This document shows, piece after piece, positions 21,527-23,623 of a DNA stretch of 23,623 nucleotides. The stretch is from Macrostomum lignano (Eukaryota), in assembly GCA_002269645.1 (NCBI GenBank), contig NIVC01005176.1, forward strand, positions 1 through 23,623, read 5' to 3'. The notes beneath the pieces are model-generated. The model worked only from the letters and a program-made list of their open reading frames with translations. It had not been told where the DNA came from and ran no database searches. Numbering within the stretch: the first letter of the stretch is position 1; each line of letters opens with the position of its first letter. Position numbers and translations under genes: made by a program.

Positions 21527-22497
21527 ATGTAATGAATCCGATATGTAATGCATCCGATATGTAATGCATCCGATATGTAATGCATCCGATATGTAATGCA
21601 TCCGATATGTAATGTATGCGAAATGTAATGCATCCGATATGTAATGCATCCGATATGTAATGTATGCGATATGTAATGCATCCGATATGTAATGCATGCG
21701 ATATGTAATGCATCCGATATGTAATGCATCCGATATGTAATGCATGCGATATGTAATGCATGCGATATGTAATGCATCCGATATGTAATGCATCCGATAT
21801 GTAATGCATCCGATATGTAATGCATCCGATATGTAATGCATCCGATATGTAATGCATCCGATATGTAATGTATGCGATATGTAATAATACATGCGATATG
21901 TAATGTATGCGACATGTAATGCATCCGACATGTAATGCATGCGATATGTAATGCATGCGATATGTAATGCATGCGATATGTAATGCATCCGATATGTAAT
22001 GCATGCGATATGTAATGCATCCGATATGTAATGCATCCGATATGTAATGCATGCGATATGTAATGCATCCGATATGTAATGCATCCGATATGTAACGCAT
22101 GCGATATGTAATGCATGCGATATGTAATGCATCCGATATGTAATGCATCCGATATGTAATGCATCCGATATGTAATGCATCCGATATGTAATGCATCCGA
22201 TATGTAATGCATCCGATATGTAATGTATGCGATATGTAATAATACATGCGATATGTAATGTATGCGACATGTAATGCATCCGACATGTAATGCATGCGAT
22301 ATGTAATGCATGCGATATGTAATGCATCCGATATGTAATGCATGCGATATGTAATGCATCCGATATGTAATGCATGCGATATGTAATGCATCCGATATGT
22401 ATTGCATCCGATATGTAATGCATCCGATATGTAATGCATCCGACATGTAATGCAACCGATATGTAATGCAAATCCGGTATGTAATGCAAATCCGGTA
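21527..22497. repeat. 16-bp satellite (ATATGTAATGCATCCG)n, about 60 copies, intronic
   Basis: Directly visible. CATCCG/CATGCG variants and two copies of a +3 bp variant unit (21881 and 22236). Confidence 0.97.
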
Positions 22498-22502
22498 TCT
22501 AC

Positions 22503-22697
22503 CGCTTCCAAGCTTGGACAGTTCGTGCGAGAAAGCCACCCCCTCAGGCCGGAACAAGAACTGAGCCATGGCGGTGACCTCAACGCCAAGATTCTTGCTA
22601 GTAGAGTTGATCACATTGGCCGGGATCTGGTGCAGCGCCGACTTGGACTTGGCCTCTTCCCACCACACGTAGACCAGGTTTTTAGAGTCGTACGCGT
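22503..22697 (-). CDS. Cys-loop GABA-A/GRD-like subunit, exon with loop B through loop F/C (195 bp)
   Basis: ttccag|AC GCG TAC...: [65 protein letters not shown]. Donor AGCG|gtagat is weak but is the one phase-compatible with the next exon. Confidence 0.82.
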
Positions 22698-22869
22698 CTG
22701 GAATCGTTTTTTATAATGCCTTTTTTTCACGGTTCTCGTATACTCGTAGTACTGTAAGTAGTGTAATTAGAACTCTGTGAAAATACACTCTGTGTTCGGA
22801 ATTTCTACGGAGTTGGTTCGGTAGGGAACCTTTTGTAAAGGTTTCCTGTGATTCTCTTGTCTAAGGGGT

Positions 22870-23015
22870 ATTGTGACTGTAATTCCTGTCTGTAGCAGTC
22901 CTGTCTGTGACTCTAACAACTCTGTAACTGTAACAATCCCTTGTTTGTGACTCTAACAGCTCTGTCTGTGGTACTGTAACAGTAATTGTGGTTGTAACCC
23001 CCTGTCTGCAACTGT
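22870..23015. repeat. Degenerate TGTGACTCTAACA / CTGTAAC low-complexity repeat, intronic
   Basis: TGTGACTCTAACA occurs twice, with repeated CTGT/CTGTAAC motifs around it. Confidence 0.45.
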
Positions 23016-23138
23016 GATCGTGACTTTAAATAATCAGATTTTTCTGATAAAAACTTATGACCTGATCTTGCTACTGAATATAGTAGATAGTTTGCAAAAT
23101 GCGTCAATAGACAAATGGGAAGCGACGCATTGACTCAC

Positions 23139-23221
23139 AACTGCCAATGAGCAGCGGGCAGGCCTGCTTGTCGACTGGGAATTTTCTGAAGTCCATGAAG
23201 CAGACGGCCTTGATCGTCAGT
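23139..23221 (-). CDS. Cys-loop GABA-A/GRD-like subunit, Cys-loop exon (83 bp); upstream exons are outside the window
   Basis: ttgcag|A CTG ACG ATC...: (R)LTIKAVCFMDFRKFPVDKQACPLLIGS with the C-x13-C signature. Donor AGTT|gtgagt. Joins the next exon to give GSYAY (loop B). Confidence 0.93.
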
Positions 23222-23623
23222 CTGCAAAGGTTTGCGTTCCGTGAGGGAGGCAGCGGCTGAGAGGTGGTGTTTGGTTTATTAGACACCATCAATCATTTTC
23301 AATCGTTCCTTTTTTACCCAAACTTAGCTGTTCGGTTCATTATACGAAGGTGTGGCGTTAAAATCACACTGCATGACAATCAAGGCCAAAAGCTGCTATA
23401 AATTTATTGTCAAGAGTTACCCCCCCCCCCCCCAGGTCAGATCGGAAGTTAATAGCATTGCAGAGACGCAGGTGAGGACAGCACAGCAAACTGCAAACTG
23501 TTTGTTGAGTTTTCGTGGGTTCAGTAATCAATCTACTTGGATATTGAGGCTTCAAGTGAGTTGCAGTGTGTGCTCATGATCTTTCCATTCCTTTGTTGAA
23601 ACACTGAATTTAAGAGTTTTTTA

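Noticed and set aside
7243-22497. Common origin of the two 16-bp satellites
   Set aside because: The best rotation I found gives 9 of 16 identity, which is expected by chance over 32 possible alignments.
21474-22589. The two other minus-strand His/Cys-rich ORFs over the 16-bp array
   Set aside because: The unit has no stop on that strand, and these frames do not match the exon frame.
22823-22864. 11-bp hairpin AGGGAACCTTT-TGT-AAAGGTTTCCT followed by CTAA as a Helitron 3' end
   Set aside because: The hairpin is real, but CTAA is followed by G rather than T and no 5' TC end or element body is evident.
23222-23623. Next upstream channel exon
   Set aside because: I found no beta-strand or loop A/E-like coding frame on the minus strand here, so this is treated as intron.

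Overview
Animal (eukaryotic) genomic DNA. It has GC-rich coding sequence, GT-AG introns and about half the window in tandem repeats. That style suggests a flatworm such as Macrostomum, but this is an inference I cannot confirm. Three genes are supportable. (1) An ankyrin-repeat gene on the minus strand, from ATG at 772 running off the left edge; the ORF track missed it. (2) A divergently oriented, intronless PKA type II regulatory subunit gene (3137-4362, +). (3) The 3' five exons of a Cys-loop GABA-A/GRD-like ligand-gated ion channel subunit on the minus strand (23221 to 16003), whose 5' exons lie outside the window. Each gene shows one apparent 1-bp frameshift, most simply explained as homopolymer sequencing or assembly errors. 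From about 4.6 to 22.5 kb there are 12 minisatellite arrays (units of 13, 22, 16, 34-45, 23, 26/31, 20, 24 and 16 bp) separated by short unique islands. Almost all long ORFs in the track come from these repeats. Best leads: an in-frame, stop-free, satellite-filled intron in the channel gene; an anion-type PGR filter in a GRD-like subunit; intronic satellites oriented so they avoid splice dinucleotides; and one minisatellite family arranged as inverted arms (foldback-like). I see no clear new molecular system, and all novelty claims here are hypotheses.
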